In this document: in pieces, positions 42,095 to 52,510 of the stretch
How positions within the stretch are numbered: the first letter of the stretch is position 1
How the letters are laid out: each line of letters opens with the position of its first letter
Virus record (IMG/VR): IMGVR_UViG_3300017987_000047
DNA: 64,000 nucleotides
Direction: 5' to 3' (one strand)
Source of the DNA: a virus
Taxonomy: Duplodnaviria; Heunggongvirae; Uroviricota; Caudoviricetes
Position numbers and translations under genes: made by a program
The notes under the pieces: model-generated
What the model was told of the DNA's origin: nothing
Database searches by the model: none
What the model saw: only the letters and a program-made list of their open reading frames with translations

Positions 42095-42679
42095 ATGCGT
42101 ATTACAGAAGCTTGTTTTAGTTTCTTTGGTGGCCTTCAAAAAGTAAGGATTCTGCCGAAGTCCCGAAGAACAATTATTATTGGCCATAACGGGTCAGGCA
42201 AAACAACTTTGCTAAAAACTTTATATACATATTTTAAAGGAGACCATATCTTACAGGAAGAAGAGGCGGTTAAAACTGACTTAGAGTTTTCTCGCCTTGC
42301 TTTTGTTTGGGCAGCAGTTGGAGAACAAATAGGGGACGATACAATAAAGGCTCCTATCCTTGGGAATCATAATGATCATTTTGATACCCATGATATTTTG
42401 AAAAAGGTAATTTCAGAATTTGACCTGGACCCAAACAAACTAAAGAAAAGTAAGGCAGGGGGCCATTTAAGACTTTACGCGATGCTTGAAGCTGCGGCGA
42501 AAATTTCGCCGGATGGGATTTTACTTGTTGATGAACTTGGGAGACATTTACAAATTGAGACCCAATATTTATTAGTCAAAGCATTAACAAGCATTCTACC
42601 TGAAGGGCATCTTATTGGGACAACCCATTCTCCATGTGTTCTTTCTAACCGCGATGATGATGAAATCATAACACTTTAA
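42095..42679 (+). CDS. ABC/AAA-type ATPase (short)
   Basis: GHNGSGKTT, LLVDE and TTHSP motifs. Confidence 0.85.
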   Translation: MRITEACFSFFGGLQKVRILPKSRRTIIIGHNGSGKTTLLKTLYTYFKGDHILQEEEAVKTDLEFSRLAFVWAAVGEQIGDDTIKAPILGNHNDHFDTHDILKKVISEFDLDPNKLKKSKAGGHLRLYAMLEAAAKISPDGILLVDELGRHLQIETQYLLVKALTSILPEGHLIGTTHSPCVLSNRDDDEIITL

Positions 42680-42681
42680 AA

Positions 42682-43056
42682 ATGTTTGAACCATATACAT
42701 TAGTGAAAATAAAGTTTATCCCTTCCTCCCCATACTCGGTTCAAAGAAAAGAAGAAGAGGAAATCGCCTTTGGAATTTTTAAAAGAATAGCGTACGGAAA
42801 ACACCGTAAAAGTAAAATGTCAAAAATGTATTTTGAAGTTGACACTATTATCCCTACCGAAAACTGTTGGAATTTTGGGGACTCCCCAGAATTTCTTGAC
42901 GATGCCCACCTTTCCCTTTCTAACTGTGACTTCGAGCAGCTTTCTTTTGACGCCGCTCCCGATTTTATTAAAGAACTTTTACTCTCCCCTACTGCACTAA
43001 CACATAAATGCTCGGGTATTAGAGTTTTGGCGAGAAGATTGCAAAATGCTATCTAG
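42682..43056 (+). CDS. Tagged hypothetical protein
   Basis: TALTHKCSGIRVLAR. Confidence 0.72.
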   Translation: MFEPYTLVKIKFIPSSPYSVQRKEEEEIAFGIFKRIAYGKHRKSKMSKMYFEVDTIIPTENCWNFGDSPEFLDDAHLSLSNCDFEQLSFDAAPDFIKELLLSPTALTHKCSGIRVLARRLQNAI

Positions 43057-43444
43057 ATTTCAAAGAAGAAAGGGAAATAGCGCCTGGTATAACTATATCC
43101 GGTTTAAGTCCTACCTTGCCATTCCTATCTTCCCAATACTATTAATATTAACTGGAATTTTTGTTCTTGTAACTTTTAGTTGTTTATACTTGGGTCGGCT
43201 ATACGAAAAAGTTAGGGGGTGTAATTGTTCTGGAAGTTGGTTTTTCTCATGGCCGTCACACAAGGATTATAACTACAACAACAAATGTCCTTACCATTAC
43301 GGGGTACTCCGAGCGAAAGAAGAGTTCGAGATATCTCTGGGGGAGGGGACAGACCCACGGGCCCTATTAACATCCCAAAATAAGTATATACGTAAATATG
43401 CTAAAAGGCACTTAAAGAAATGCGCACGTCAATCAGTGAAATAA
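43046..43444 (+). CDS. Tagged membrane protein with a GCxC...CPYH motif
   Basis: TM helix; GCNC..CPYH; ALLTSQNKYIRKYAK. Confidence 0.72.
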   Translation: MLSRFQRRKGNSAWYNYIRFKSYLAIPIFPILLILTGIFVLVTFSCLYLGRLYEKVRGCNCSGSWFFSWPSHKDYNYNNKCPYHYGVLRAKEEFEISLGEGTDPRALLTSQNKYIRKYAKRHLKKCARQSVK

Positions 43445-43770
43445 TTGGGTTTGCTATTTCGGTTATCCTTTCTGGCCTTTTTCCACAATATATTCTGGTC
43501 ATTATCCCCCTTGTGTTTGGTTCAATGATTCTTTATCAAAAATCCCACGGCTGTACTTGCTTTTCTTGGAATGCCTCCCTACCTGACCGGCGGGATATCC
43601 CATGTCCTTATCATAGCCAGCTCTACGCAAAGGAAGAGGTTAAGAATGCAGCAAAATCAGGGAGGGGTGCCATTACTTCTCTCCTAACATCCAAGAATAA
43701 GTATTTCAGGTCTGCCGCAAGAGAGTTTCTTAAGAAACACCCCTTAACCAAAGGAAAAGACAATGAGTGA
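43420..43770 (+). CDS. Tagged membrane protein with a GCxC...CPYH motif
   Basis: Two TM helices; GCTC..CPYH; SLLTSKNKYFRSAAR. Confidence 0.72.
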   Translation: MRTSISEIIGFAISVILSGLFPQYILVIIPLVFGSMILYQKSHGCTCFSWNASLPDRRDIPCPYHSQLYAKEEVKNAAKSGRGAITSLLTSKNKYFRSAAREFLKKHPLTKGKDNE

Positions 43771-44707
43771 AATTATCGTAATCGTTGGGTACCCCGCCGC
43801 CGGAAAATCCTCTCTCTGCAAGGAGTTTGAGGATCAGGGTTATATGCGGGTTAACCGTGATACCTTGGGCGGAACTCTAAAAGACCTTGCTGAATACGCA
43901 AAGAAGCTTATTAGCGAAGGGAAAAAGAAACTTGTTCTCGACAACACTTATGGCACGATTGAAAGCCGTAAGGTTGTAATTGAGCTTGGGAAAGAAACAA
44001 ACATCCCTGTTCGTTGTGTTTGGCTTGATACCAGTATTGAAGATTCCCAATTCAATGCCTGCATGAGGATGATGCAACGGTTTGGGAAGGTTCTAGCCCC
44101 AGACGAGATTAAGAAAAAGAAAGACCCTAACACTTTCCCGGCGGCAGTACAATTCAAGTATCGGAAGGCTTTTGAAAAACCAAAGAAAGAGGAAGGGTTT
44201 ACGTCTATAGAGAAAAGGAAGTTTGAGCGAGTCCTAGATCCGGAGTATTGTAACTCTGCTTTGATTCTTGACTACGATGGGTGTCTCAGAGAAACAAAAA
44301 GCGATAAAAAATACCCCACCAGCCCAGATGATATCCGAATTCTTCCGGGAAGGGGGGAGAAGCTTAAGAAGCTACTTAAAGATGATCCCTCGCTATTATT
44401 GTTGGGGGCTTCAAATCAAAGTGGAATCGCAAAGGGTGTTTTATCGGAAGAAGACGCCCGAGCTTGCTTCGATTTCACGAATAAGGAGCTCGGGGTTGAT
44501 ATCGAATATCGTTTCTGCCCCCATAAGGTCCCACCAATTTCTTGCTTCTGCCGGAAACCGATGCCTGGGATTGGCGTTTATTTTGTCGAAAAGTACAAAC
44601 TGAATCCTGAAAAGGTAACAATGGTTGGGGATATGAAATCAGATGAGACTTTCGCTAAACGGTGTGGGTTTAAGTTTATTCATTCTGACGATTTTTTCAA
44701 GGTATAA
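43763..44707 (+). CDS. Polynucleotide 5'-kinase/3'-phosphatase (PNKP)
   Basis: GYPAAGKS, NRD and LDNT kinase motifs; LDYDGC, SNQSG, CRKP and MVGD HAD motifs. Confidence 0.88.
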   Translation: MSEIIVIVGYPAAGKSSLCKEFEDQGYMRVNRDTLGGTLKDLAEYAKKLISEGKKKLVLDNTYGTIESRKVVIELGKETNIPVRCVWLDTSIEDSQFNACMRMMQRFGKVLAPDEIKKKKDPNTFPAAVQFKYRKAFEKPKKEEGFTSIEKRKFERVLDPEYCNSALILDYDGCLRETKSDKKYPTSPDDIRILPGRGEKLKKLLKDDPSLLLLGASNQSGIAKGVLSEEDARACFDFTNKELGVDIEYRFCPHKVPPISCFCRKPMPGIGVYFVEKYKLNPEKVTMVGDMKSDETFAKRCGFKFIHSDDFFKV

Positions 44708-44751
44708 AATTCTGTAGATTGCCGTAGGCCTAAGCAACAGAAAGGCAACTG

Positions 44752-45831
44752 ATGGACAGCAAGGAAATAAAACCAGGGTTCTACTGGTGTGAATGGAATC
44801 ATGGGCCTATCCAAAAAGTTGTAGGATACTACGTCGAAGATAGGTTATATTTCTCAGCGTGGGGAGGTCATCCGGGTGGCTGGTGGGCTGAGTATATCGC
44901 AAAACGAGCGAAACGGCTTATTCCAATCCCGGATAAACCGCCGAAGCAAGGGGTATCGGCGAAAGAGGACACAATGTCTCATACCCCTAAGTGGTTAGTT
45001 GTTTATTCGGGTAGTAAATTCGCACAGGATGCTGCTAATAAAATTTGTGGCTTGCTACAAAAACGCAGGATCGATTTTGAAAAATGTTCTGTTTTCGAAA
45101 TTTCAAAGAAAATACCGCTCGAAATTCAACAAACTTTCAACCTAGCTATTGTCTGTGGTGGAGACGGTACAATTCTTGGAACTCAACGGCAGCTTAAAGT
45201 CGAAAATCTCCCCCTAGTTGGAGTCAACCTGGGCCGATTGGGCTTTCTTGCTGAATTTGAATTTTCAAAATTCGAAGAAAAGATTGACCAGTTAGCCGAA
45301 AAATTCGAATTACGCAACCGGTTAAGGTTAAGAACAACTCTTTCTCGGAATAATAAAGTTATCTTCGAAGAAATTGCATTAAACGAAGCAGCGATAACCC
45401 AATCAGGGATTTCCCGTATGGTTGGGGTAAACGTTTTCATAAACAATCAATTTTGTGGAAATATTCAAGGAGATGGGTTATTGATCGCAACCCCATCTGG
45501 GTCTACTGCCTACTCCTTAGCAGCAGGAGGATCTCTAGCACACCCGGAATTAGAGACAATTCTATTAACGCCCATTTGTTCCCATTCCTTAACAGTACGT
45601 CCTATTATCTTGCCGCCGGATCGAAATATAAAAGTGAAACTGATGGATGACAGAAAAGCCGCAACCGTTGTTACGGTTGATGGGCAGGTTTCAGTCGAGA
45701 TGCAAGTGGGCGACGAGTTACTTGTTTCTAGAGCTCCAGATTTATTGACTGTTAAATCCACAACACATAACTTCTTCGATGCCTTGCAAACAAAACTAAA
45801 TTGGTCTGGGCATGCAAACCTCCCACAATAA
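44752..45831 (+). CDS. nadK: NAD kinase (in-frame N-terminal extension; second start at 44974)
   Basis: GGDGT, NLGRLGFL, ALNE and GDGLLIATPSGSTAYSLAAGG motifs. Confidence 0.92.
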   Translation: MDSKEIKPGFYWCEWNHGPIQKVVGYYVEDRLYFSAWGGHPGGWWAEYIAKRAKRLIPIPDKPPKQGVSAKEDTMSHTPKWLVVYSGSKFAQDAANKICGLLQKRRIDFEKCSVFEISKKIPLEIQQTFNLAIVCGGDGTILGTQRQLKVENLPLVGVNLGRLGFLAEFEFSKFEEKIDQLAEKFELRNRLRLRTTLSRNNKVIFEEIALNEAAITQSGISRMVGVNVFINNQFCGNIQGDGLLIATPSGSTAYSLAAGGSLAHPELETILLTPICSHSLTVRPIILPPDRNIKVKLMDDRKAATVVTVDGQVSVEMQVGDELLVSRAPDLLTVKSTTHNFFDALQTKLNWSGHANLPQ

Positions 45832-45893
45832 TCTTTTAATCTTTAGGCCAAAAATTAGTATAAAGGAGGAAGAACTCTATTAGAAAGGCCAGA

Positions 45894-46463
45894 ATGATTG
45901 AGAGACAAACAAAGGCAGGGATTATTCAAACTTCCTCCGGATTGAAATTTGATATTTGCAATCCAAATCCCGAGCTAATAAATATTGAAGATATTGCGGA
46001 TGCGCTTTCAAAACTTTGCCGGTTTGGAGGCCATACGACATCGTTCTATAGTGTAGCGCAACATTGTTGCCTTGTTGCCTTACAACTCCCCCTTGACCTA
46101 GCCATGTGGGGTTTATTGCACGACGCATCGGAGGCTTACTTAGTTGACATTCCATCCCCGATTAAAAAGTTACTTCCGACTTATATTGAGTTTGAAGAAG
46201 GGTTACACCAAGCAGTTGCGAAGAAGTTTGACCTTTCTTGGCCTATGCCAGAGGCTGTGAAATGGGCCGATGAAATTGCGCTGGCAACGGAAGCCCGAGA
46301 CCTTATGGGAAGCGTTGGGAAAAAACGATGGGGAAGCCTTAAAGGCATTCCAATGCTTCAAGATAAAGTTGTCCCCGTTACGTCAGATGTTGCGTATCGG
46401 GATTTTCTCAAACACTATGAGATTTTAAGTAATTTCATAGAACACCAAAAGGAAGCTTCTTAG
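45894..46463 (+). CDS. HD-domain nucleotide phosphohydrolase (YfbR/YfdR-like)
   Basis: IEDIA..LS..CRF.GH..FYSVAQH...LLHDASEAY..DIPSP. Confidence 0.85.
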   Translation: MIERQTKAGIIQTSSGLKFDICNPNPELINIEDIADALSKLCRFGGHTTSFYSVAQHCCLVALQLPLDLAMWGLLHDASEAYLVDIPSPIKKLLPTYIEFEEGLHQAVAKKFDLSWPMPEAVKWADEIALATEARDLMGSVGKKRWGSLKGIPMLQDKVVPVTSDVAYRDFLKHYEILSNFIEHQKEAS

Positions 46464-46832
46464 GTGGGCAGGTAACCGCGGCAGCAATGTCGAGGAAAGT
46501 CCGGACTCCCCAGAGCAAGAAAGTCGCTAACAGCGACCGGGCGCGAGCCTAGGGAAAGTGCCACAGAAAATAAACCGCCGATGGCCCTCTTTGGGCACAG
46601 GTGACGATGAAAAGGTGGGGTAAGAGCCCACCGCCGTTTCTGGCGACAGAGCGGGCATGGTAAACCCTTTCTGGAGCAAGCTCAAACAGACTGGAGGTGT
46701 TGCTCGCACCATTTGACAGTCGGGTAGAGTGCAGGAGGCAAAAGCCCCTACTCAGGTCGCGCCAGGACCCAAAAAATAGCCTGAGTAAGATGAATGGTTA
46801 CCCAACGACAGAATCCGGCTTATTCCTACCTA
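46461..46832 (+). ncRNA. rnpB: Ribonuclease P RNA, bacterial type A
   Basis: GAGGAAAGTCCGG, AGTGCCACAGAAA, GGTAAACCC and ACAGAATCCGGCTTA; terminal P1 TAGGTGGG/CCTACCTA. Confidence 0.93.
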
Positions 46833-47723
46833 AGCAAGTTTTCCCTTCCCTCAGCCAACGGAAAAAATTAATGGCTACTCCAAAAGCACACCTTGTCCCT
46901 GGAAACAAAGTTGTTGTTACTAATAAAGGAAAAGGCATTAACACTCCGGTAATATTAACGGCTAAACCCGGGTCCGCTTTAAGTGGGTTTTGCGAGCCCC
47001 CTATTGGGACAATTCTTAAGATTCTCGGCCCTCCTAGAAGGACTGAAGGAATTAACACCATTAAGGTAGAGTGTGGAGAACAGATTTTTGAAGCCTACTA
47101 CTGTACGATAAGGTATAGTACGGAACCTGTCTAACCATTTCTAACCTCGAGCAAGGAGAAAGCCGATGATCGTAAATGTTATCAACCCAGAGGCCTATAA
47201 TCCCTTCACCCGAACCCAAGAAGAACTTCAAATGGGGTTTAGAGAAGACCAAGAATCTGCAAGGGAGGTTTTTGAAGAATGGAATAAGGATATTGACTTT
47301 CCAGATTTTTCCCTACCCCCCAAACAATGGGTTGCACAAATCCCCGATAAATTTAAGTTCAAGGTTCCGAAAGGCACAAAAATTCTATTTGCCACCTACG
47401 GGGAAGAGGATGAAACTGAAGGGGATTTTAAAGGAACTGCGCTAGAAAAAGATAGCAGCGGCCTTGTTGGTTTAAATGGGGACTGGTCCACTCTTCCAGA
47501 GTTTGAGCTTATTGTAGATGACGACGAAACTTTTGTTATTAACGTTGATCTTGCTCGTTATGGTGACGATATTTTCACAAATGACCAGGTAGTTTGGATG
47601 GTTGATAAGGCAGGTAATCTTTATCAGCTAGGGGGTGAACCGGCAGGATGTACAAAAAAAGACCCCGATTCTATTAATCCTTCTCTTTTTAATCTTTATG
47701 ATTATGTTGTAAAACACCAATAA

Positions 47724-47755
47724 TCTATCGTTTAACTTAAGATCTTCCTTATATA
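47724..47755 (+). promoter_or_regulatory. Phage promoter motif copy
   Basis: TCTATCGTT-N17-TATATA, upstream of the Thg1-like gene. Confidence 0.6.
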
Positions 47756-47833
47756 ATTGCTATAGAGGATTATACAAAGCAGTTAACCCAATTCCGGGAT
47801 TTACGTTTTAGAAAAGGAAACCGGGGATTAAAG

Positions 47834-48544
47834 ATGGATAAAACATCACTAGGCGATCGAATGAAACGTTTCGAGGGGATTACTAATCCAGTTGTTGTCC
47901 CCCGAATGCCCATTATTTTGCGGGTTGATGGAAAAGCTTTCCACAACTGGGTAAAGAAAATTAATGCCGAAAAGCCCTTTGACCAGCGGCTACTTGACGC
48001 AATGGGCGATACAGCAATTGAGCTTTGCCAAGAGATTCAGGGGGCTGTTTTTGCTTATCAGCAATCCGACGAAATCTCAATCTTGATTCACCCTTACCAG
48101 AATCTTGAAAGCCAGCCGTGGTTTGGCGGTAAATTACAAAAGATGGTTTCAATCTCTGCCGCAACTGCGAGTTCCTTTATGTCCCTGCGGTTTGGCATTA
48201 AAACTATCTTCGATTCAAGGGTTTTTGTTCTCCCAGAAAATGAGGTTATTAACTATTTCATCTGGCGCCAACAGGATGCCTCCCGAAACTCTGTCCAGAT
48301 GGTGGCAAGAAGCAAGTTTTCACACAAGGCTTGCAACAATAAGTCCTGTAATGAGTTGCAAGAGATGCTTTGGCAAGAACATAACCTTAACTGGAACGAT
48401 CTGCCTCCCGTTCAGAAGCGTGGGCTTGGTATTCTCCGGAGAGACGGGAAATGGGATAAGGATTTTGATATCCCAATCTTTACTCAGGATAGGGATTACA
48501 TTAAAAACTTATTTTTCCAGAAAACTGAGGAAGTAAAAGAGTAA
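47834..48544 (+). CDS. tRNA(His) guanylyltransferase Thg1-like protein (3'-5' polymerase)
   Basis: RVDGKAFH, QSDEIS, FDSRVF, WRQQDA.RNS and KRG motifs. Confidence 0.93.
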   Translation: MDKTSLGDRMKRFEGITNPVVVPRMPIILRVDGKAFHNWVKKINAEKPFDQRLLDAMGDTAIELCQEIQGAVFAYQQSDEISILIHPYQNLESQPWFGGKLQKMVSISAATASSFMSLRFGIKTIFDSRVFVLPENEVINYFIWRQQDASRNSVQMVARSKFSHKACNNKSCNELQEMLWQEHNLNWNDLPPVQKRGLGILRRDGKWDKDFDIPIFTQDRDYIKNLFFQKTEEVKE

Positions 48545-48606
48545 TAATCTATTAATATAAGGATTGGCCTTCAAACGCTGATCTATTTCATAGGAGGTCA
48601 AAGGCA

Positions 48607-48705
48607 ATGGAACAAAACTATATCCACATCCGCCACTCACATCTGAGGCACTCCTATCTTCATCGCCCTGGTACGGGCCTACGACTTAAGCGAAAACATA
48701 GCTAA
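48607..48705 (+). CDS. His/Arg-rich 32-aa peptide
   Basis: AGGAGG SD; MEQNYIHIRHSHLRHSYLHRPGTGLRLKRKHS. Confidence 0.4.
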   Translation: MEQNYIHIRHSHLRHSYLHRPGTGLRLKRKHS

Positions 48706-48798
48706 GACTTCACATTAAAAATTCGTCTGGGATGGCAGCTACCACAATAGGATATCTTTCTAGTGGTAGGGGAAAATTGGGGTTTAATCGTGTATTTT

Positions 48799-48871
48799 GG
48801 GTCCATAGCTCAGCAGGCAGAGCAGCGGCCTTTTAAGCCGATGGTCGGGGGTTCGATTCCCTCTGGACCCA
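48799..48871 (+). tRNA. tRNA-Lys(TTT)
   Basis: Acceptor GGGTCCA/TGGACCC; loop CTTTTAA. Confidence 0.92.
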
Positions 48872-48877
48872 TAGAAA

Positions 48878-48948
48878 GCGATGCTAGCATAATGGGAATG
48901 CACCGGATTGCCGGTCCGGGTATACGAGTTCGATTCTCGTGCGTCGCT
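48878..48948 (+). tRNA. tRNA-Gly(GCC)
   Basis: Acceptor GCGATGC/GCGTCGC plus U73; anticodon arm CCGGA-TTGCCGG-TCCGG. Confidence 0.88.
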
Positions 48949-48952
48949 TAAA

Positions 48953-49028
48953 AGTCCTGTGGGCAAGTTGGCAAAGCCGCCTGAATGAGGTTCAGGAGAT
49001 TTTGAGGGTTCGACCCCCTCCAGGACTA
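48953..49028 (+). tRNA. tRNA-Leu(GAG) lacking the long variable arm
   Basis: Acceptor AGTCCTG/CAGGACT plus A73; anticodon arm CCTGA-ATGAGGT-TCAGG; 7-nt variable region. Confidence 0.75.
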
Positions 49029-49328
49029 TGTGACGTTGTTCGGTTTCTCTACTTTTATGGAGAAGATTGAAATGCGGAATATCAAGGTATTCAAGTTTAG
49101 CGAGTTGCCAAAGGCCTATGCGGCAACGGTTCTAGAAGATGCCCCATCAATGAATGCCGATGGAAGGTATTGGTTCAAGTTTGTAGGTAATGTGGTTGAG
49201 GATGCGGCAGTTGACCCAAAAGGATTTGACCCTGAATATGTTGAGATTTATCGGGAAGCAGATGTATTCTTCTATGAAAGTGGGTGCGAAAACGGGGAAT
49301 CAATCCTAATTGAACAAGATTAACTGCT

Positions 49329-49401
49329 GGGAGTGTAGCTCAATTGGAAGAGCTCCAACCTCTTAAGTTGGATGTTTGGGGTTCAAGTCCCCACACTCCC
49401 A
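49329..49401 (+). tRNA. tRNA-Lys(CTT)
   Basis: Acceptor GGGAGTG/CACTCCC; anticodon arm CCAAC-CTCTTAA-GTTGG. Confidence 0.92.
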
Positions 49402-49406
49402 TATAT

Positions 49407-49491
49407 GGTGGGTATGGCGGAATTGGTATACGCGCAAGACTGTGGATCTTGTGGGCAATAGCCCTTGTGGGTTCGAACCCCACTATCCACC
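49407..49491 (+). tRNA. tRNA-His(GTG) with a long variable arm
   Basis: G-1, acceptor GTGGGTA/TATCCAC, C73; anticodon arm CAAGA-CTGTGGA-TCTTG; variable hairpin GGGC-AATA-GCCC. Confidence 0.85.
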
Positions 49492-49750
49492 CTTTCAGTT
49501 TTCTTAAAAAGGAAACCCTAATGAATCAGAGAGAAATGTTTGAAAAATCATTCTTACGGCCTAAAGATTTCTTTTCCTTATCCCCCGAGAAACAATGGGA
49601 AATTGATAAATCTTTAGGTATCCTTGATTGGGATGGTTCGGGGCTATCTAACGCGGATAAGCAAAGGTTTCGGGAGCATTACTCAAAACCCTGAAAAGGC
49701 TGTAAAAAGATTCTGGCCAGGTATGGGTTAATCTAAGGGACCAAAGAAAA

Positions 49751-50131
49751 ATGGTTGAAGTGGGTACAAAAGAATCAGAAATATATCTACTCATAATTGA
49801 ATCTCGCGAGTTCCCTCTACAGTATACGATTCCTTTAGGGCACTATCCGTCTGAGGAAGACATTAAAATATTAATTATGTCCTCTTCGGAAATGTTCACC
49901 GATGACCTTATCCTAGATATGGAATTTAGTTTTCAACCTACTAGATCGGGGATCTTGGTTTTAACATATAATAGTTCCCCCACTCTTGGGGAACTTCAGA
50001 ATCTTTATGATTTTTATCTCAAGAAAGAAGTAATTAGAAATTCTCCTTCCTTGGAGGCACTTCTCACACATAAACAGGCATTTATAAGAGAATACGCAAA
50101 GAAAAAGTGCCAAAAGGAATTAAATGTTTAG
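49751..50131 (+). CDS. Tagged hypothetical protein
   Basis: ALLTHKQAFIREYAK. Confidence 0.78.
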   Translation: MVEVGTKESEIYLLIIESREFPLQYTIPLGHYPSEEDIKILIMSSSEMFTDDLILDMEFSFQPTRSGILVLTYNSSPTLGELQNLYDFYLKKEVIRNSPSLEALLTHKQAFIREYAKKKCQKELNV

Positions 50132-50522
50132 ATTAATTATAGAGGGAGTCCCCTCCCAAATAACTTTTGAAGAATTCCCAGAACATGCGGAGTTGCTCCC
50201 ATACCTGATCTCTTATTTAGAAGAGCAATATTCTGTTAAAAATTGTGATGCAATTAATTTTTGCAAAATAATTTTAACGCGAGATTGTTATTCTGGATGC
50301 TTAGTATTAGTTTGGAAAGATGAAGTTTGCTGGGTTGCAGGAGCATTTGACAAGGAAGAGGACGTACCTTACGAATTGGTAGATACATCAGAGGAGAAGA
50401 ACGAGCCTAAGTATATAGTTGGGGTAGAATTTCAGCCCTTAACTATGTATCTAACACATGAAGCCGAAGCAATAAGAAAACTAGCGAAAAAAGTTTTGGA
50501 AAGACCGGAGATTGCCCAATGA
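50124..50522 (+). CDS. Tagged hypothetical protein
   Basis: MYLTHEAEAIRKLAK. Confidence 0.78.
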   Translation: MFRLIIEGVPSQITFEEFPEHAELLPYLISYLEEQYSVKNCDAINFCKIILTRDCYSGCLVLVWKDEVCWVAGAFDKEEDVPYELVDTSEEKNEPKYIVGVEFQPLTMYLTHEAEAIRKLAKKVLERPEIAQ

Positions 50523-51509
50523 CGTGGTATGCTAGAATTACAAAGAACACCTTTTCAACGACCTATAAATTAGGAGAGGCAGGGTCCGAAAAGGAAGCTA
50601 AAAAACTTTTGTGTGAAAATCTTTCTGTTAAAAAATTACCTGGGAAGGTAGACATCCGAGAAATCGAGGAAGTTAAATCCTTTTCAGATTTCTTAATAAT
50701 TGTTGAATCCTTAAAAATCACCACCTCCCACTATGTACCGGGATGGCGTAGTTGTGTTCTCAATGATTATATTTTAATAAGTTGGGAACTCGGTGGTTAT
50801 GAAAAATCTGTTGAAGACGTCAGCGAATTTAAAAATATTGAGATTTATAGGCCCTGCGGGGGAGAGCCAGAAAAAGAATTTCTAGACCTACTTAAAATAA
50901 TAGAAAAATTTGTCCCAGAAATTACTTTTATCCAATATAAACTACTCTGTGCCGAACTAACTGAAACTTCTACTCAAACAGACGACTGGGGAACTATAAC
51001 AGCATGTAAACAAGTTTCGTTGAGAGCCCTGTATAACTATTTAGTCTCCAGGGACTGGGTGAAAGGTCGAAAGGTTAAAATCACATGATTAAGCTCTTCC
51101 GCAACTTTGCCGATTGGGTTCGTCTCTATTTCTGGGATCGCTTTGATGTTGTGAAAGCGAAAAACCTTAAACGGGGCCGTTATTATGATAAAGATTGGCA
51201 AATGATGAGTGTTTGCTTCCAGCTTCTTGTTGATTATGTTGAAGTTGAAGCCGACCAAATCAACTGGAAAGAAGAGCCTTATGCAGGCATCTGGAAAGAG
51301 ATGCAAGAGCTTTATTCCTGGTGGACTAAAGACCGCAAAATTCGGGAAGAAAAAGGAGACAGTATGTTGTTAAGTACTTCCTGGGATAAGGAATTTAGCA
51401 AGGAGGAACGTGAGAACTGGTTTAAGTTCGATATTGCTTGTGGTGAAGAAGATACCGAGATGCTTATTCGCTTGATGAAAATTCGTCCGCATCTTTGGTC
51501 TTAAAATTT

Positions 51510-51597
51510 GGGAGTGTGGCGAAATTGGCTTACGCGCGAGGCTTAGGCCCTCGTGAGGGATAAAACCCTCTTGTGGGTTCGAATCCCACCACTCCTA
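51510..51597 (+). tRNA. tRNA-Leu(TAG)
   Basis: Acceptor GGGAGTG/CACTCCT; anticodon arm CGAGG-CTTAGGC-CCTCG; long variable arm. Confidence 0.92.
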
Positions 51598-51625
51598 CTA
51601 ACTAAGTTCCTTTTTAGGAGGCCTA

Positions 51626-52012
51626 ATGGATCTCTCGGGCATAAAAAGGTTAGAGCCCCTGCTAACTTCCCCTTGCTCATTTTTACGGGAGTTAGCAAAG
51701 GCTCTCAAGGCCCTAAAAGAAAAATTTGAAATTGCTCTTGATTTCCTTGAGCGGGGTTTGATTTCACCGGACTATGCATATCTTCGGTTAAAAATTATCC
51801 TTAAGCACAAAGAAAAAAAATATGAAACGCTTGTATATTTAGATACTATGACCCATTACTTAGGGAAGTCTAGCTGCTTTGCTATAGCCGATCCCCTATT
51901 AAAACATACATATGATTTTGTTTCTATTTCTTATATGAGGGCAACACTCAATTTTAGGCTTCGTAAATATGAAAAGTCCTTGGACCATAAAAAGCACAAA
52001 GTTAGTTTATAA
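51626..52012 (+). CDS. Protein with an N-terminal tag
   Basis: PLLTSPCSFLRELAK. Confidence 0.7.
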   Translation: MDLSGIKRLEPLLTSPCSFLRELAKALKALKEKFEIALDFLERGLISPDYAYLRLKIILKHKEKKYETLVYLDTMTHYLGKSSCFAIADPLLKHTYDFVSISYMRATLNFRLRKYEKSLDHKKHKVSL

Positions 52013-52508
52013 CAACCCTTGGATCTCCGTGCGGGAGGACCAGGTTATAACCCCCTCGGGAACGGATGGGATTTATGGGGTTGTGCATCTTAAAGGCTAT
52101 GCTCTAGGAATCGTTGCTTTAGATGCGGAACAGAATATTTATTTAGTTGGCCAATACAGGTACCCCTTAGAAAAATATTCTTGGGAACTCCCCGAAGGAG
52201 GAGGCGACCTAAAGGCTCCTCCCCTCGAGTCAGCAAAACGCGAATTAAGAGAAGAGACGGGACTAATAGCAAAGGAATGGGAATACCTTTGCAAGTATCA
52301 CCCCTCTAACTCAATCACGGATGAGGTAGGTTTCCTCTATTTAGCTACCGACTTAGTTCAAGGTGAAATGGATTTAGATGAAACCGAGGATATTAAGGTA
52401 AAGAAATTACCTTTTGTGGAGGCTTTAAGAATGGTAGAGAGAGAAGAAATTACGGATCTCATTAGTATTACAGGCATCTACGCCGTTGCTCGCAAATTGG
52501 GAGTTTAG
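51969..52508 (+). CDS. NUDIX hydrolase (ADP-ribose pyrophosphatase-like)
   Basis: QYRYP and the Nudix box ELPEGG...AKRELREETG. Confidence 0.92.
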   Translation: MKSPWTIKSTKLVYNNPWISVREDQVITPSGTDGIYGVVHLKGYALGIVALDAEQNIYLVGQYRYPLEKYSWELPEGGGDLKAPPLESAKRELREETGLIAKEWEYLCKYHPSNSITDEVGFLYLATDLVQGEMDLDETEDIKVKKLPFVEALRMVEREEITDLISITGIYAVARKLGV

Positions 52509-52510
52509 TA

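Noticed and set aside
46527-46860. ORF 46527..46712(-) and the 5' part of 46697..47134
   Set aside because: They lie within the RNase P RNA; the real ORF probably starts near 46871 (MATPK).
48763-49500. ORFs 48763..48951, 48784..48966(-) and the 5' part of 49344..49694
   Set aside because: They overlap tRNA genes; the real ORF likely starts at 49521.
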